Shown here piece after piece: positions 35,301 through 48,733 of a DNA stretch of 64,000 nucleotides. The translations under genes were made by a program, and so were the position numbers. Numbering within the stretch: the first letter of the stretch is position 1; each line of letters opens with the position of its first letter. Below the pieces are notes generated by a model that was not told where the DNA came from, ran no database searches, and saw nothing but the letters and a program-made list of their open reading frames with translations. This DNA comes from Tubulanus polymorphus (Eukaryota; Animalia; Nemertea): assembly GCF_964204645.1 (NCBI RefSeq), contig NC_134025.1, positions 4,340,001 through 4,404,000 on the forward strand, in the 5' to 3' direction.

Positions 35301-38237
35301 TGACTTCGACAGTGGATGTCGTGATGCCAGCCATTTACAGAGCTGTGAGAATTTCGTCTGCCCTAGTGGCTTCATTAAATGCCCTGGAAAGTACTGTTTA
35401 CCAATACATTTGATATGCAATGGTGTGAATGATTGCCCCGAAGGTGAGGATGAAATCTCGTGTGCTAACAAATCGTGTCCCGGAATGTACAAATGTCGAG
35501 CTAGTAACGTATGCGTTCCTATGGCTCGACGATGCGATCACGTCTTACACTGTCCAAAAGGAGACGATGAGTTTTACTGTGATCTAACTTGTCCGGCTAA
35601 GTGTCGTTGTGCTGGTTTATTTCTGGACTGTTCCAACGCATTGTTATCAGCGCCGCCTATCTTAACATCATGGAGAGACATCCGGAAGCTCGACTTATCC
35701 AATAATCAGCTTATATCATGGACGCAGTTGGCACCCATATCCAATGCATCGATGCTAATTTCACTGAATATATCTTACAATAAACTGGAGAATCTTCAGA
35801 ATAGTCTGGACAATCTCAGCAACCTTAGAGAACTCGACTTGTCATATAATATGCTGAGAACGATCGACGGCGAAACCTTTGAAAACCTTAAAAACCTCCG
35901 AGATATTATCCTTATCGGTAATGCCATAAAGACAATAGCGCCTTACGCGTTTACTGATCAGGAGAATATCAATTCACTGGATTTGAGCGGCATGTTAATC
36001 GAAAAAATAAACGACAATACGTTCGTTGGACTTACGAAGCTCGTAACTCTAAATATAGCTAACAACATGATCAGCGTGCTTTCTACTGATGCATTCGCCG
36101 GTCTTCCAAATCTTGTTGGTCTGGACTTGAGGAATAATACAAAAGATGTGAGTTATTCGCGCGATATATTCGATTCGCTCCCGAAACTCGAATATCTTCA
36201 AAGTGACGAGTTTGCCATTTGCTGTATCGCCGCGCAAGTACTTACTGAGAATTGCCAGCCATTGCCTGATTTCTATTCCTCGTGTAGTAACTTGTTGAGA
36301 AACAATGTTTTACAGTATTGTCTCTGGATCCTTGGATTCATGGCCATCATCGGAAACATCGGAGTCGTCATATCTCGAGTTATCTATAAAGACTTTAAAC
36401 AGTTGGATGGCTTCCTCATTATGAATCTTGCCGTTTCAGATCTTCTCATGGGAATTTACCTCGTAATAATAGCCTCAGTTGATGTTTATTACCGAGGTAT
36501 CTATACTTTAAACGAGAAATACTGGAAGCGGAGCGTCTTATGTAAAATTTCTGGAATACTGTCATCAGTATCTAGTGAGGTGTCAGTATTTGTGCTGCTA
36601 TTTATGACATGTGAACGCTGTGCAACTATCAAATTTCCGTTTCGTAAAACACCCGTCACCCGTAATCGAGGTGCACTCATAATGGCTTTGGCTTGGATTG
36701 GTGTATTTGTGATTTTCATCCTTCCCGTTCTCAAAATACCATACTTTGGAAATGAGTTCTATTCGAATTCGGGTCTGTGCTTGCCGTTTGTTTTGACTGA
36801 CCGAAAAACGAAAGGTTGGGAGTTTTCGGCTGCCATGTTCATATATGCGAACCTCGTCGCGTTCATTGTTATTTTCGTGTGCTATGTTGTCATGTACAAA
36901 CATATCAGAGCTACCGGAATATCGGTTTCCAAATCTAATGATATCTACACCAAAGCTGCCAAGCGAATGGCCGTCATAGTTCTTACTGATTTCATGGCAT
37001 GGATTCCGATCATTGTTTTGGGATTGCTTGCAATGTGCAATGTACAAATCCCTGGTAAGAATTTTAATTGAATCCCTCATATGATTGACACATCATGCTA
37101 ACATTTCATTGGCATTGATCGTTTACTTATAACTTCGTTTCTAGGAGAGGTATATTCTTGGGTTGCTACATTTGTTATACCTATCAACTCCGCCATCAAT
37201 CCGTTTCTTTATACCTTTTCCGTTCTAGCGTAAGTAGCATACACAAGTAATCCCTTACATGCATTTATCATTCTTAAAAATCGACATCTTTACGTCAAAT
37301 CTGTTAATGAACTTTTATATAATCTGAAATTTAAAAAGTGCCCCATTGACCAATACGTACTTGCTTCCATAGAGAACGTCGTCGAATACGTAAAAAGAGG
37401 CAATCGAGAAGAAGCTTCGGACATACTTTATCCACTGGTAAATAAGAAACTTAAATGATATTTACATGTACCACACAGTGTTTATTCAAATATGCATAGA
37501 AAGATTGTTTCTTTTTATTCCTCATAGACACGACTCGAAGTGGTAACCGTAATCCAGCATATCGCGATGATTCGATAATGGGTATTTAATTAATGAATTT
37601 AAATTTGCTGGATGTTTATTCATCCGTAATTGTATAACTCATATAATGCTTCTTCATGTATTCGGTTGATGTCCTTTATTCATAACTTAGATCATATCTT
37701 TGAAAGCAACCTGAAATTCTCATTCCAGCCGATAAAACCACAGATAAGTTTTCTGCCATAAATCGTACAGATGCGATAGCTCATTCAGTCACAATTAGGA
37801 AGGCAGATATGTATTCGAACCTTGCATCGATAGGTTTCAAATTGTCCAAAGAAGATGTTACGAAAATCGGCGATAACATTGGTACAGCCCTTGGGAACCT
37901 GCATAGCTGTAAAATGGCGTACGGGAAAATTACTTTAGAGGATATCATAGTTGCTTACAATAGGACCAATATCAACTCTACATACATTGAATCAAAGGTA
38001 GTTAATGACATAGTAGTGTTTTCATTTAATGACCAAAGAACAATTAATCATTGTCAATCTTTTAATCTGTTTTTTCGGGTTTTTTAGAATGTCGTCATAA
38101 GCGCTTATCTGGTATCAGAAATGGCTGAACTGATGGCTAATCCCGACAAGGAAACCGAAAGACGTGATCTGGTTTATCTTGATGAAATTCTCAAACAGAT
38201 ATCAGATTCCGGAAAGACATTAGACACATATATGTGA
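26395..38237 (+). CDS. Giant GRL101-like LDLa/leucine-rich-repeat GPCR (LGR type C-like), roughly 2,700-2,800 aa, about 30 exons
   Basis: Frame-consistent exon chain from a signal-peptide-like start ([16 protein letters not shown], 26395) through CUB-like, degenerate LDLa (27618-27725), LamG/pentraxin-like ([19 protein letters not shown]), EGF ([12 protein letters not shown]), discoidin F5/8C (CSDNLPLGM...LKMEVFGC), more CUB/discoidin-like segments, C-type lectin (CENGW..FIGL..WSDG..QPN..WNDVPC), about 7 LDLa, LRRNT + LRRs, hinge (SSCSNLL) and 7TM ([41 protein letters not shown]). Tail ends TGA at 38235-38237. Confidence 0.88.
30578..30642. mobile_element. Tiny Tc1/mariner(pogo)-like remnant with duplicated right end
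   Basis: TA-CAGTCGAACCTC ... GATGTTCGACTG-TA. The right end ACTGATGTTCGACTGTATATGAAA occurs twice with a 29-bp period. Lies in an LGR intron. Confidence 0.45.
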
Positions 38238-38756
38238 TTATACCGGTATATCGATGTAAACATTCCGATATTAAAACGACTACTTATTCACCTCTAGTTG
38301 ACTGTATTTGCTTTATTATCATTTATCGGATTTGTCTCATGAGTGGATAATTCTATGTCGTTGTCGCCATGCACTATTGTGTATCTATCATGTATTATGC
38401 AGATTATGGGTAGAACTGTTTCACACTAGATACATTTGAATTGATTTCTATGACGAGGAGTAAATTGTTAATTAAGATTTATTCAACACAAAGTTAAACC
38501 GCTTCTTAGATAAAATTACCTCCGATTGAATTACTCAACAAGAAAAAGCTTGAATAATTTAGTAGTTTATAAACACTTCACTCATTTCATCACGAATTAA
38601 ATTGTTTTGAAACTAGATCTTTGAAAGCTTTTACTGATAAGTAAACTGCGATATTTAAAACCAAAAATATTACGCTTAATTCATTGAAACAATAAACTCT
38701 CCATATATATTTAATACTGTGTGTGCTCAAGCATACACAAAGTCTCAAAAATATTT

Positions 38757-39320
38757 CTATCTTTCACCCTTAAATAATTTCTTGAAACATTTTCTAAATT
38801 GAACAGAACTAAGACAATAAAGATAGAAATTTATGGCAGAATTCAGAGTAATGGACGAATTACAGGCCATATAAAAGATAACCCAGTGATTTGAGAAATG
38901 TATGATCCACGAAGCTACAATGAAACATAAGAACGGAAGATGTGAAACGAAGAAAAAAGTGGATATGAAACACATCATGACGTTCAGCGATTTCTCTTGA
39001 ACGTTGTGTTTCGTGTGTTGTGACATTTCTGCACTTTTTCGGCATATTTTTTTCAGAGCTATGAACAAAGCAATGTTACACGATACTATGATCAAGAATG
39101 GAACGAAAACATTAAAAAGCATATTGGAAACATCGTGATAGATCATAGGGATATATCCACCGACTCTAGATGTACAACTGATCTTACCAGATGTCGTTAT
39201 TTTCGATGAATCTTGAATTGCTTCTTTTTTTGTATAATGTTTTGTATTATAGATAGAGTTCGTCGCATACAGGGGTAGAAACGGTTTGAGTGATATAGCT
39301 GTCGATGATATCGCATTCAT
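38757..39320 (-). pseudogene. Truncated class A (peptide-receptor-like) GPCR fragment, about end of TM4 to TM7
   Basis: FVPFLIIVSCNIAL (TM5), FFFVSHLPF (TM6), NSAINFYLYCLSS.QFR (TM7/H8). No TM1-TM3 sequence recognisable upstream. Confidence 0.7.
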
Positions 39321-39592
39321 AAATTGTTAGAAGATGCGCAATGTGGATTTACTTCCAAATTTCTGTTGCTGGTAGTTTTCGTTTGAAGATTCGATTTGAG
39401 AGAAATGGCAAATCTAAGATTCTACATAACGTACGTTACAATACCAAAATGTAAATCATATCATCTCGAAAATGTATAAAAATTAATGATTAGAATAAAG
39501 ATATGATGATGTTAGAAAGAATATCAATACTACCTGATACATGGTGTATATAGCGTAGCGTGGTGTTTTAGTTGCCCGAAATCAATTGAATA

Positions 39593-40546
39593 TCAGGAAA
39601 ATATCCTCCGAATTAGTATAAAAAACTGCGCTCGAAAATACGAACCAGCCAGACAATAAATGAAAAAGTTAATAGCATGGTTTGAGTGCTTCAATAAAAC
39701 CAAAATTCCGAATACCAATGGAGAACCTATGAAATCATTAACCATGTATGCTTGGTAAGGTAAAGTTGTACTGATGAAGACGATATTAACGGATAACAGT
39801 AAACGAGTCAAGTTATCGTAACGTGAGTCGTCATTTTTTACGTTTTTGTTCATTTGTTTCGCTGCTATGCGAGATCGGTTCAATTGTACAATTATAATCG
39901 TATTACAAACAGTTATGAATAGAAAGGGTAGTATTGAATACGCGGTTGCGGTTACCCATATTCGATATTTTGTGGCGTAGAGTTGCCAGCCCGGTGTTGG
40001 AGCACGACAATTATGTTTACCACGGACGTGTATCAAACTGACGCTCCCCGCAAATACGGTGGAGTTTGCGGCGACGATGAATATCACAACGACTGAAAAA
40101 ATGAACATAGCTCGTCGTACAGTCCAGATAGTTCTGGCCTTTGTCGGCTGTACTACGCATATACATCTTTCAATCGTCAACAAGACGATAATCCACGATG
40201 ACGTTTGTTCGACAAACCTCGTCATGAAAGACAACGAGACACAGGATGCCAGCGATACTGCGCGTATGTCGGGAAGCAACCGTTGTGGCCAATACATAAC
40301 CCTCGTGAATTTCTTCACGAGTAATTCCACATTTATGTCGAGCAGATCAAAGAATGCTAGAAACATCATTAGAATACCGGACGAAGAATTGCGGTAAAAT
40401 TTCGAAGAAGATAGGACTATAAGCGCCAACACGTTCCCGATATTGCCTAGAATAATAACAGGCAACGCTCCGTATTTTATGACGAAGAAGTAATTCTTAT
40501 AGAACGTGAATAAAGTAGAGACTTGTGTTCCGTTGGACGATGACAT
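39593..40546 (-). CDS. Intronless class A GPCR, FMRFamide-receptor/GPR139-142-like family, 317 aa
   Basis: GNIGNVLALIVL, LAFFDLL, SSWIIVLLTIERCICV, ILPFLFITVCNTII, TTLPY, SNHAINFFIYCLAGSYFR; seven hydrophobic segments. Confidence 0.9.
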   Translation of the reverse strand: MSSSNGTQVSTLFTFYKNYFFVIKYGALPVIILGNIGNVLALIVLSSSKFYRNSSSGILMMFLAFFDLLDINVELLVKKFTRVMYWPQRLLPDIRAVSLASCVSLSFMTRFVEQTSSWIIVLLTIERCICVVQPTKARTIWTVRRAMFIFSVVVIFIVAANSTVFAGSVSLIHVRGKHNCRAPTPGWQLYATKYRIWVTATAYSILPFLFITVCNTIIIVQLNRSRIAAKQMNKNVKNDDSRYDNLTRLLLSVNIVFISTTLPYQAYMVNDFIGSPLVFGILVLLKHSNHAINFFIYCLAGSYFRAQFFILIRRIFS

Positions 40547-41406
40547 CAGACTGAAGCGTGTTATCAGAAGATTTTGCCGAGAAACAGATGATAGTCAGAG
40601 AAGATCGACTGATATTAGTGCGGGCATCGGTTGAATACGACGTAAATAAAGAAATGCCCGATCGATACAATATCCAGACATTTCATTCAATCAAATGATA
40701 ATAAAATCAATCAATCAATGATATATTGCTTCACTCGCGATTTGATTTTTAATCAATAACGCAACATCTTTTGTATAATTCCCCATGATTTAAAAGTCAT
40801 TTCTATCTGGTGGATACTAGTTTTGTAAACTGTGGGCTTTCAAACAAAACATATATTGTGAATTCCATCAAAACTTGGATGAATTGTGTTTTTCTTTTAT
40901 CAGGAATTAGGTGAATGTACATGTATATCTTAGTATGTAAGATCGAATACCCGGTAAATGAAATGAACTGAAAATGAATTTCAAAGTGACAAGCGCGAGC
41001 TCTAAGTTATTGGCTGATTTTTGATACGTATTTTTCATGCAGCGTATGTTTTGTATTTGGAAATTTGAGAAATTAATTTCAGCTACTTACGAACGATTTA
41101 GATTCCCGATCAAATAATGATGAGGATTCTGTTTATTTTTCTGGTTGACGATCTGGTGAGAGCGACCTCGAAAATTGATTTCCAACATTTCGCCGAGTCT
41201 CTTTTCTAGAATAGTGACGATTAGTTTCAAATACATGGATGGTCATGTATGTGCAGAAATTTAATTTCAAAAGGAAAAATGGGTTCCTATTATACGGACT
41301 ATAATTAACCTATGGTATCGTATGTGGCAATGTTAGACAAACTCATTTTAGTTAAGGACTTCTAAGAATACAGCGGAGTACCAATATTGCATGAATACTG
41401 TGAGAG

Positions 41407-41970
41407 TCAATGAAAACGTGAAAACATCCTTTTGATAAGCCTAGCAAGCTGTGCTCTGAAATACGAACCCGCCAGACAATAGATAAAAAAATTCATAGCA
41501 TGATTCGAGTGCTTCAATAAAGCAAAAATACCAAACCATAATGGTGAACGGATGAAAATGTGTATCATGTATGCTTGGTAAGGTAAAGTTGTACTGATGA
41601 AGACGATATTAACGGATAACAGTAAACGAGTCAAGTTATCGTAACGCGAGTCGTCATTTTTTACGGTTTTGTTCATTTGTTTCGCTGCTATGCGAGATCG
41701 GTTCAATTGTACAATTATAATCGTATTACAAACAGTTATAATTATAAAGGGTAGTATTGAATACGCGGTTGCAGTTACCCAAACTCGATACTTGGTGGCG
41801 TAGATTTCCCAAGCCGCTGTCAGGGCAAGGCACTTGTACTGGCCCTGTAAACGTATCAGACCGACGCTTCTCGCAAATACGGTGGAGTTTGCGGCGACGA
41901 TGAATATCACAACGACTGAAAAAATTAACATAGCTCGTCGTACAGTCCAGATAGTTCTGGCCTTTGTCGG
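41407..41970 (-). pseudogene. 5'-truncated duplicate of the 39593-40546 GPCR (ICL2 to C-terminus only)
   Basis: Homology starts abruptly at PTKARTIWTVRRA (about 41970). TM1-TM3 are absent from the ~1 kb before GMPPA. Confidence 0.8.
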
Positions 41971-43019
41971 ATTCTATGCCATTTTTAGAAAATATCAAAA
42001 TATAGAATAGAAACTCATCTATAATTATTATCGAAAGGTAAGTAGACCAGTGGTTTACTTCCATCTTTATCACATTTAAAACTATCATTACCGGGGCAAG
42101 TTTGCTAATTCAATCATTATACGAAAAGCAAAGAAAAGAAAACTTTTGAAAACATAACAAAGCTATTGACAACACAGATTACTATTTACAATATAATCTC
42201 TACAGGAGGAATCTATATAATCTAATCCTAAGAATTTATCCAGTCAAATCAGATTTTATTTTCCTAATCGTAATTTGCACGCGTCCTGAATCATAATTGT
42301 ACGGAGAAATAAATTTGACGATTTGTTCCACACGGCTGACAAGAAAATACTTCCCGTGATTATTGACATATATCTGTTTCTACGAGTACGGATGAGTTTC
42401 AGTTTCACTTCGAGTTTTGAAAACTACTGGAGTAGGATGAGTTTTATTTAAAACACGGACTGAAACGTTCAGTTGATGATACCACGTGTATCGTGTTTAT
42501 AAACACAGCAAAGAGCATGTTCACTGCCATCAAAATGGCGGAAACTCTCTTGCGAAAAAAATTGTGAGTCCGCCATGTAAATCGTGATATGATAAATCAT
42601 AAGATAGAAATGCCTACCCTACACAGTTCCTGGCTATGAATCAACGCCGCTTTAAATTTAAAACTTTCCAAATCAAATTTGATTACGCCCGGAAAATCAG
42701 TTTCGATTTGACAGAATAAATTCGCCTCTAGTTGATAAGGTTCTTTAGAAATTAATTATTGTAGACCAACATCTGAACGACAAGTGTATGTACCGGTAGA
42801 TTCATTTGAATGTTGTCCGAGGCGCATTCCATTCCCGCCGTGACTCCGTGTTTTATTCAATGGCGTCATGGAATTTCCTCCGCGCTCAGATACCGGAAAG
42901 CACGTGCTAGTGTTTACATTTGTATCAGCGCGACACCTTGCGGTTATTTTACGTGTGTCAGCTTGTCAAAAAACAACAATCCTTCAATTATTTGATCGGT
43001 ATCGATGCTCGACGAAAAA

Positions 43020-46000
43020 ATGTTGAAAGCTATAATATTAATCGGTGGACCTCAAAAGGGTAAGGCTTTGTTATCGAGATGGGTAATAACGAATGTCGAG
43101 TTATTCTAATATTTTGGGATCGTTTTTGATTCAATTCAATTTAAATTAATCCTTATATTGAAATACTTTTTAGGCACCAGATTTAGACCATTATCGTTAG
43201 AAGTACCGAAACCATTGTTTCCTGTTGCTGGTTTTCCAATGATCCATCACCACATTGAAGCTTGTTCCAAGGTGAGTGACAATTATCAGTTTATTTGCCT
43301 CATCTTAAAAACTCGTCAGTAGTGTATCGTACATCCACAGTCTATCACTCCTTTTTCCGAAGAATTGTAGGTAGACTTCAACTCCTACACACAGAATGAA
43401 ATTGAAACAAGTAGTAGGCCTACCACTACCGCAAAGCCTGTGAATTAAAACAACAAGCCTACCCCTAGCCAATATGCGTCAACCCGGTCATAGACACAGT
43501 AAACATATCAAGATCAAGAAACGACTTGAGACTGAATCTTACTTAAAAGGGTATTTTGTGAATTATTATTCAGGTTCCAGACATGAAAGAGATAATTTTG
43601 ATTGGATTTTATCAACCAAATGAGGCCCTGAGCAGATTTATATTAAGTTCACAGAAAGAGTTTAAAATACAAATAAGGTATGTATGAGCATTCAGGGAGG
43701 AAGGTAAGACATATTTTGTGCACCTCCCTGGTATGATTAAGAATTAATTCGACTTTCATCAAATTACATGTAAGATATTACTTTATTAGCATTTTTTGAT
43801 AAGAGACATACAAACTCTGGAAATTATTTTCAAGCTAATCATTGTTGACCACTTCCAGGTATCTTCAGGAGTACAATGCACTCGGGACTGCTGGTGGTCT
43901 CTATCATTTCCGAGACCAGATTCTGTCTGGTAATCCTAACTATTTCTTTATCCTAAATGCCGATGTCTGCTGTGATTTCCCTCTCAATGAGATGCTTGAA
44001 TTTCACCAACTGAGAGGAAATGGATCACATTTTACAATTATGGCAACCGAGGTAAATGGCAATTTATTTCGATAGCAAATTCTTATTACGTGTATCTTTT
44101 ATTTTGATCTTTTATTTATATATGGGGCTTATTATGAAAAGCGAGGGCTGGTTCTCTTTTATTGAAGTATTTTTTCTGTAGGCCACGAGACAACAGGCAG
44201 TACATTACGGTTGCATCGTTGAAGACAAAATTACTCATGAAGTGTTACATTATGTTGAGAAACCGAGTACATTTGTTAGTTCGAGTATAAACTGTGGTAT
44301 TTACCTGTTCTCACCGGAGATCTTCCAACACATCAGTGTCGTGTTTCAGAAACACATGGAAAAGAAGTTCCTAAAGTAAGTGATGATTATTGATTTGATT
44401 TACTAGTGACGCTGCATTATTCAGTTTTGCATGCCATGCATGTTTTATAGCATAATACCTATTTGATCTTTAAAGCTTGAGACCTAACATATGAAAGTGA
44501 TTATTATGCATTGCATGTTATGAGAATTTTTAATAGCCAATTGGTGTAACCTTTTCATATTGTCAACATAATGATAAATATAATGAATTTAGGACCAGTG
44601 GTCAGTTGCTCAAAAGTTGGTTAGAGTTAACCAGTAGTGACAATTAAAAAGTTCATTGTTACTATGGTATTTATCTGCCGGTTATCTTAAACCAACTTTT
44701 TAGCAACTGGCCCCAGTATTATTGCAATAGAATAGAACTTTTCTTTTTCAAAGTTTTAGAAGCCATTGAACAATTTGGAAATTTTCTGTCAAATCTAAAT
44801 TACAGATAAAAGTTTTAGTTCTGCATACATCCATAGGTAATCAATACAATATTGACTAACTCCCCTAGTAGACTTTTTTACTGTGGATACTGCTCTACTT
44901 TATTTTTTCAATTGAAATGAAGATTGCTGATTATTCGTAATCAATTATTTTACTATTTCTTTTATTTTTCTTTAGTTGATAAGAATTTCTAGAATAACCA
45001 ATAACAAGATATTTATTGTACAGAAGCCTTCTGGGGAAGTATTTGTAAAAGAAACTTGAGTTTCATTCCAAGTTAGCTAAGACAGAATAAACTACACCAG
45101 TAAAACTACTAATTGCTGAGAAAACTAGTTCATTCCAAGTTACAAACTTGGAAAGAACCTCCAATTCCAAGTTCCCCAGGATGCTTTCGTACTATTGTAG
45201 CAGCCAGAGATTTTATAGAAATCTCTTGATTTTAAAACAGGGCATGTCTACCAATGCTGTTTTGTTAATGTAAAATGTTGGATTGTTTGAACAGAAATAA
45301 CTTGACATTTTGTCGTTGTAGTAATGAAATAAGGTTGCAGAGAGGAGAAAGGTGAAAATGTTATTAACATGATCATTATGGCATGTTCTGTTCGTTTGCT
45401 TTCACATGGCTTGAATTGTTCATTACATAATTACTAATGTCAGTTTTCCGGCCTGTTTACCATTAACATAATTAAATATGACCGATAAGTGTGAGTTTGG
45501 ATGAACTAATGACGACCTGCAACAACAACCAGTGCTTATAATTCATGGATGATTTGTAGCGCAAAGATAATTTTTCTGGATGTTCATTCAGTCCGTGGCA
45601 AAAAACTATAGATCAGATAAAGCCATGTCTGTAGTGCAGTTTACTGATGTGACTAACATAGATTCAATCACTAATAGACACGTGTCGAACGACAGAACAA
45701 ACCCGTCTCAATGAATGAGTGATTTCTGTCAAATCCTCCACGATAAACCAATCAATATCCATGTGAAAAAATGTTGCTTTGAAATTCTTTATTTCCACAA
45801 ATATCAATGATACGGCATCAGTATATAAGATCAAATGAATATACCAAATTGAGCTTATTTCAATTGCATACATGCTTCTGTTAGATGTGTTAGTGTACCT
45901 CACTGATGCACAATTTGAACATAGTGCTCCGGATATCTTTAACATGTTATAGTGAATAATGTTATAGTACAAACCTATCCTTGGTCTTTATTTCTGTGCG

Positions 46001-48077
46001 GCTCTTTCTAGGTATATAAAAACTATCAATTCTTATAGGAATTAATTTTTCATGATTTAACTTAAAAGCTTTTACATATGCTGGTAAAAGGGAATGCATT
46101 TTTGCTAAAAAAAAAAAAGTATACAAGGCTTTGTTCCTAAATTTGAGGACATATGTGCCGTAAAGAGTAAATTGGAAATGCATCCAAATTCTTATCTTAC
46201 ACTGCTGGACAGTAGAATTGTACGAGTCCATAAGCTTCCTCCGAAAGTATTTCTCATAATTTATTGAATGGTTTATTAATTGCAGTTTTGATTACAATTC
46301 GTTGTCAAAGGAAAGAATCATGTTGGAATCGGAGATATTCACACCACTAGCTGGAACTGGAAAGCTTTATGTGTACCACACTACTAGATTTTGGAGTCAA
46401 ATCAAATCAGCTAGGTTATATCCTATTTCCATCTCAAATCAAATGAGAGAATTTCAATTGTTATTAAAGGTTAATTTTCTTTTTAGCGCTGCCATTTATG
46501 CCAATCGACATTACCTAGCCATTTATCATAAGACACATCCTGACCGTTTGGCGAATAATGAAGCTGATCAGCCACTTATAAAAGGGGATGTCTACATTCA
46601 TCCGACTGCGGTGGTGCATCCGTCTGCTGTGGTATGTATAATATTAACTGTTTTATGCACTCGAAAAGTGTCAACCTGCATGTCTTGAGTGTAGATGAAT
46701 TTAAGGAAGGATAACTTTGAAATAATGAAAGATTGCCAGAAGTAATTGTTAAATTGTAATCATTTAGGATTCACATTTAAAGCATAGCCCTAAATATTAT
46801 TCTTATAAATACATCTAAATGATGTTGCAATAAACCGCTAGATGGCAGATGTGTAGAATTCCTCGTCTAACATTGATTATCAGGACCACTCCTTTTCATT
46901 CATTAAGTTTGCGCTTGAGTACAGTTACCACGGTAATCAATACTGTAACTCATTCATAATATTGCTGCGTGTACATAGAGTAAATCACATGATGATTTCT
47001 GTAGCGTCCTACAGTAGCCTACAGTAGTAACTCTTATGGTCAAAGAAAAATAAATCTGTACATGAATGAAATACATCCTGCAAAATATTTCAGCCTTGAG
47101 TTTTGATAGCGCTTGACAGAGGAGCTCATTCATCTAAATGCTACTTCTTTTTCATATACCAGTATTTCCCAGTACTTAAATTCCAGGGAAGCATATTATT
47201 ACCGTTGTTAAAAGTTTGTCCCTAGAGTTCATTTTGATACCAGCGAGGACAAGTTAGGGGAAGGGCAGGGCAATATCTCATTGCATGTATTATTGACATG
47301 AATTCTGTAGATGCTGACAAGATTTCCGAAGCGAATGCTAATGGCAAACTCAACATGGCCGCATTTCCTGCTTAAGTGCCATACACGAATGCTATATCTC
47401 ACTTGAATGTTGCCGGTGTTTTGATCAATGTCCATTACAGTGTTTTTTGTCCTATTTTCAGCTTGGTCCTAACGTCACGATCGGTTCAAATGTGATCATT
47501 GGTGAAGGTGTTCGTGTACGTGAATCAATGGTTCTTTCAGGTTCCAATCTACAGGTAACATGAATTCTGTCTTCTGATAATCCTGAATTGTTGAAGTAGG
47601 AATGGCTGCATATTTTGTATTGTTATGAGTAAAAGCAGTAAGATCCAAGCCCCTGATTCATACATTGTAACCAATTATATTTCTGTTGTAATAAATGAAG
47701 TGAGTATTTTCTTTCAGAACCACAGTTGTATATTAAATAGCATCATTGGTTGGAACACTTCAATTGGTGAATGGACCAGAGTAGAAGGAACGTTAAATGA
47801 TCCAAATCCAAATAAGCCATTTGCTAAATTGGAAACGTCTCCTCTATTTGACAATGATGGCAGACTGAATCCATCCATTACTGTCATAGGTAAGTTCTTC
47901 AACAGATCTTGTGCTCCATATTCATATCCATCAAATGTTTATGCTGCTTAATTCTTTTCTGTTTATGTTATTACAGGATCAAATGTATCAATTCCTGCAG
48001 AAGTTATCGTGCTAAACTCGGTTGTACTACCACACAAAGATCTCATATGCAGCTACAAAAATCAAATCATACTGTAG
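43020..48077 (+). CDS. GMPPA: Mannose-1-phosphate guanyltransferase alpha (GDP-mannose pyrophosphorylase A)
   Basis: [30 protein letters not shown] start (another in-frame ATG at 43005). Exons 43020-43059, 43174-43271, 43574-43677, 43859-44051, 44182-44375, (45322-45351 optional), 46286-46414, 46487-46632, 47462-47554, 47718-47889, 47977-48077. Motifs [44 protein letters not shown]-terminal NQIIL*. Confidence 0.96.
44599..44713. mobile_element. MITE, PIF/Harbinger-like (CAG target-site duplication), in a GMPPA intron
   Basis: TIRs TGGTCAGTTGCTCAAAAGTTGGTTAGAGTTAACC / GGTTATCTTAAACCAACTTTTTAGCAACTGGCCC, with CAG on both sides (44596-44598, 44714-44716). Confidence 0.7.
45018..45192. mobile_element. 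MITE-like element with imperfect TIRs and internal TTCCAAGTT repeats
   Basis: GTACAGAAGCCTTCTGGGGAA ... TTCCCCAGGATGCTTTCGTAC; repeated TTCCAAGTT/AACTTGGAA inside. Confidence 0.45.
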
Positions 48078-48733
48078 TAAACAACAAGAATGTAAAATTT
48101 GAAAAACACTTTCCTGTGGATTGCTATGATTCCTGTTTCTTCGTTTTAGTGTGTTTACATACTGGTACAAGATTAGTGGGCATAATTTATTGAAAATTAT
48201 CACTCCAATCAATATGTGCTTTCTTGTCTATGCAATTTTTGTCACCATTAATACCTTTGATCTTGAAGATCAAAACAAATGCTATTCTTATAAGATGCAT
48301 ATATACTGGTATATTATTGGTGAATATGGTATTTGTACTACAGTGTAGTAATCCAGGACTGGACATTGGACTTATGTAATGTTTCTTCTGGTACAAGGTC
48401 ACAAAGTACAAGTGTGGTGGCTCCACTAATCTATCATATTTAATCAATTAATCCTCTCATGGTATAAAATATTGGGTTAATCATATGAACTTGCTGTTTA
48501 CTATTTATTAGAATCCTTGTCATTTTGTTATTATGCTTTATACCAAGTTTATGTTTACTTTAATTATTTCACAGAATTAATTCAGTTATACAGAAAAAAT
48601 GTCGATTTATTTTTATGTATTCATCATTTCATATACAATACAGCTATGACCTGCTCTTTTCTGACTAAACATGAGAAGCAATGTATTTCTTGGGTCTTCT
48701 TTGTTTTCATGGCTTTATTTCACTCATTGACCC

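Noticed and set aside
15689-38237. Idea that the secreted MAM proteins are ligands of the adjacent giant LGR
   Set aside because: Only adjacency supports it, and neighbouring genes in animal genomes need not be functionally linked.
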